Shown: positions 61,195-64,000 of the stretch, one piece after another
Numbering within the stretch: the first letter of the stretch is position 1
Layout of the letters: each line of letters opens with the position of its first letter
Assembly (NCBI GenBank): GCA_963762115.1
Contig: CAVXJH010000005.1
Span: 64,001-128,000 of the forward strand
Direction: 5' to 3'
DNA: 64,000 nt
Source: Candidatus Babeliales bacterium
Lineage (GTDB): Bacteria > Babelota > Babeliae > Babelales > JANWKD01
Notes under the pieces: generated by a model
Database searches by the model: none
Seen by the model: only the letters and a program-made list of their open reading frames with translations
Told to the model about the DNA's origin: nothing
Position numbers and translations under genes: made by a program

Positions 61195-62839
61195 TTGTTT
61201 CCTTAGTAATAAGAGTATCATGAAGTAACACATCATAAGCAATACGCTCAAAAAGCGGGACGGCAACGGTTGATGCATACACATTACGAGCAACCTGTGC
61301 ATCATTTATAAAAGTAACAATCACTCGCTTATAATCACCTTTTTCAATAATGCCTGCAAAGGTATAGATACAATGAAGAGGGTCATATTCACCATTAATC
61401 ACCTTAATTGCCGTACCTGTTTTACCCATTACTCGATACCCTTCTAATTGAGCTTTATGCGCCGTTCCTTGCGTTACGGTATTTTCTAAAATTGTTCGTA
61501 ATTGTTCAATCGCCACGGTACTGTATAATGGACAACCTTCTTTTTGCACCAAAGCATCTTTAAATAATGTTGGTTTAATAAAAATGCCATGATTTGCAAT
61601 CATTGAAAAAAATTGCGCCAATTGTAAAAGCGTTGCTCTACTTTCATAACCAAATGATAAGGAGATGAGCGATGATCGAGACCAATGTTCAGGCGGATTA
61701 ACAAATCCAGCTTGCTCACCAGGCCAACCCAATGCCGTTTTATACCCAAAACCCATTCTGCGGTAATGATCATATAATTTTGAACCAAGTCGCAACGACA
61801 CTTTTGCAGAACCAATATTATTTGAACGCTGCACTACCTCCGCAAATGGCAATAATCCATGCGCTTTCCATGTTGAAAAAGTTACTCCATTAACTGTACC
61901 CTTTTTTGTATTTTCACAATCAATAAGTTCATTAAGGTCAACAAGCCCTTCCTCCAATAATGCTAAAGTACCAACAATTTTCATAACTGAACCTAATTCA
62001 TATGCCTCAGTCACCATTTTATTTTTTGTTGTTGCAAGATCAAGCTCTTGACGCACATTCGAATCAAAACAAGGATAACTCACCATAGCAAGTATATGAC
62101 CATTACTTGGATCCATTACCAAAACAGCACCATCAAGAGCATGCAACGAAGTAACACTTTTTTTTAATTCTTCATAAGCCAGATGTTGAATATCTGCATC
62201 AAGGGTCAAATAAACAGGAGCACCTTCATTGCCTTCAACTTTAGTTTCTTTTGCAAAATAAAAATGACCCGAACGAGCATCTTTTTGCAGCGAAACGGTT
62301 GTCGGCTCGCCTGCTAACTGTTTGTTGTATAACAATTCAACACCAAACAACCCATTATTATCACTATCAGTAAGACCAATCACTGGTGAAGCTGACTGAA
62401 AAGGATAAAAACGACTCGGCTCTTTCAAAATTTTAATATCGGGAAGATTATATTTTTCAAATAATGCTCTTTGTTCAGGCGTTAAACGGCGTTTTACATA
62501 CATGAAATTTGCTTGGGGGTTTGCATGCAAACGCTCTAAAGCTTTGGGAAAATATTTTTCTAGAAATTGCTCAATTTTTTCGAGCGCAATAAGTTCATGT
62601 GGGGTAATAAATGCTGCATAACTATCTTCATTTATGGCTAAATACTGCCCATTTCGATCATAAATAGAAGCTCGTGCAGGCATTGTTTTTAACGTTATCG
62701 TATATTGTTGCTTACCCAGTTGAATAAAAAAATCACGTTGATGAACTTGTAAAATATATAAATTACCAATAATTATGAAATACATTACGACAAATACAAA
62801 AAAAATAACGGCGCTTCGCAGTTTATAATATTTAATCAT
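61187..62839 (-). CDS. ftsI: Class B penicillin-binding protein (FtsI-like)
   Basis: R..IYDRNG, R.YP, G..GVE, SVMK, SNN, KTG. Confidence 0.85.
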   Translation of the reverse strand: MIKYYKLRSAVIFFVFVVMYFIIIGNLYILQVHQRDFFIQLGKQQYTITLKTMPARASIYDRNGQYLAINEDSYAAFITPHELIALEKIEQFLEKYFPKALERLHANPQANFMYVKRRLTPEQRALFEKYNLPDIKILKEPSRFYPFQSASPVIGLTDSDNNGLFGVELLYNKQLAGEPTTVSLQKDARSGHFYFAKETKVEGNEGAPVYLTLDADIQHLAYEELKKSVTSLHALDGAVLVMDPSNGHILAMVSYPCFDSNVRQELDLATTKNKMVTEAYELGSVMKIVGTLALLEEGLVDLNELIDCENTKKGTVNGVTFSTWKAHGLLPFAEVVQRSNNIGSAKVSLRLGSKLYDHYRRMGFGYKTALGWPGEQAGFVNPPEHWSRSSLISLSFGYESRATLLQLAQFFSMIANHGIFIKPTLFKDALVQKEGCPLYSTVAIEQLRTILENTVTQGTAHKAQLEGYRVMGKTGTAIKVINGEYDPLHCIYTFAGIIEKGDYKRVIVTFINDAQVARNVYASTVAVPLFERIAYDVLLHDTLITKETSE

Positions 62840-63111
62840 AATGATTGCATAGGTAAAATTTTAATCTGCTTTCTGTCCAATTTTTGCATCTTTAATTCAC
62901 CCTGGGCATATTCTTGAATATGCGCACGATTTTGCAATAAACATAGTTGTGCGCGTATATGTTCTTTGTTTTTTATAAGAGCAACTTTTTGTTTTTCATA
63001 TGTTTGTTTTTGAAAAGAAAGTTGTATCATTACACTATTTTTATACACTAAAAAAAATATAAAAAATAGATTAGTACCCAAAAAAAGTGTTATGAAATAT
63101 GCTTTTTTCAT
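62836..63111 (-). CDS. ftsL: FtsL-like cell-division protein
   Basis: TM + coiled coil + I..YA..ELKM; 4-nt overlap with ftsI. Confidence 0.6.
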   Translation of the reverse strand: MKKAYFITLFLGTNLFFIFFLVYKNSVMIQLSFQKQTYEKQKVALIKNKEHIRAQLCLLQNRAHIQEYAQGELKMQKLDRKQIKILPMQSL

Positions 63112-63282
63112 GCGAAGGTAATCCTTTTTTATTGTTTTTTTTCTTTTTAAGTCTAAAATACTCCATTCATTTTTTTAAAGAGATTTTTTACACATCCCTC
63201 CATTTTCATAAGCAACATAAAGACTTCACTTGAATTTTAATGCATAAAAATGCTACAAATAACTCAAGAGAACTAGGGGAAA

Positions 63283-64000
63283 ATGCTCTTGGGGGGCAAG
63301 AAAATGATCTTTATTTTCTTTTATAAAAAAAACATCATTCTGCTCATTTTTTTCCTGACGGGAAATAGCGTAATGCTTTTAAGTATGCAAAATGATGATG
63401 AACTGTTATTAAGAAATTTAGCAATAACTCCTCCAATAGAAAAAAGTATCTTAACAAACTCACAAGCTCGCGGTGCTCTCATAAAAAAAAATCAAAAAAA
63501 AAGAAAAAAACGCAGAACCAGAAAAGAATATCAATTAAAAGAAAAAAAGACCTCAAGCGGTGAAAGCAGTTTTGAATTCACTGAAGAGGATATTCATCCT
63601 GATGCTTTTGATCCAACCAAAAAAATTCAGGATTATACCGCCTTCATAAAAGATCTTGAATCCCTTATTCAAAAAAATAATATTTTGGAATATTGCAATC
63701 AAATGAATCATCTGGCCAATCAAATTGCAGATCTTGAGCCACAACAACAGCTTGAAAAATATTTTACTCTTTTATTAAATAATCTAAATTCTGAAGCAGA
63801 AATAATACATTATTTTTGCCTTACTATCATAAAAATATACTCAAGTCATTTCAAGGAACATGACAAAAAAAAACTACTCAAAACCCGTATTAGTGACCTT
63901 TTTGAAACTTTTGTTTTACCCCTTACGCACCCCAAAGCTCAAAAAAAATTAGAGCAAGTCATGCAAAAATTTATGTCATTACATCAAAGTAATATTCATG
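63283..64000 (+). CDS. Partial ORF running off the window: exported protein with polybasic tract (SP-MQ class)
   Basis: Frame open 63283-64000; ...SVMLLS|MQNDD...KKNQKKRKKRRTRK. Confidence 0.7.
   Translation, partial: MLLGGKKMIFIFFYKKNIILLIFFLTGNSVMLLSMQNDDELLLRNLAITPPIEKSILTNSQARGALIKKNQKKRKKRRTRKEYQLKEKKTSSGESSFEFTEEDIHPDAFDPTKKIQDYTAFIKDLESLIQKNNILEYCNQMNHLANQIADLEPQQQLEKYFTLLLNNLNSEAEIIHYFCLTIIKIYSSHFKEHDKKKLLKTRISDLFETFVLPLTHPKAQKKLEQVMQKFMSLHQSNIH

Noticed and set aside
694..63747. Numerous short antisense or alternate-frame ORFs inside long genes
   Set aside because: Shadow ORFs with no motifs or independent signals

Overview
AT-rich bacterial chromosome segment with the profile of an obligate intracellular parasite of eukaryotes. 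It carries an NTT/TLC nucleotide translocase, ankyrin, LRR and J-domain proteins, and many signal-peptide orphans. This is most consistent with Candidatus Dependentiae/Babelota (inference from gene content only). Housekeeping genes: recO, an MscS/MscK-like channel, dipZ, deaD, recD2, amidase, rpe, groES-groEL, class I aldolase and ftsL-ftsI. Mobile DNA: an IS481-family element, an IS4 (IS50-like) element, a REP/REPIN-like palindrome family and a probable IS200/IS605-type remnant. Main candidates for undescribed biology: (1) 12 exported proteins whose predicted mature N-terminus starts Met-Glu/Met-Gln; (2) four tandem signal peptide-Skp1/BTB-LRR-membrane hairpin proteins (three with a clear hairpin) that look like single-chain SCF adaptors; (3) exported J-domain proteins with broken HPD motifs, one with an NLS; (4) a ~165-200 nt multi-hairpin non-coding element with compensatory base changes, present as two back-to-back pairs, one copy split by the IS4. 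No rRNA, tRNA or CRISPR array was seen. All protein calls are by motif recognition, not database search.
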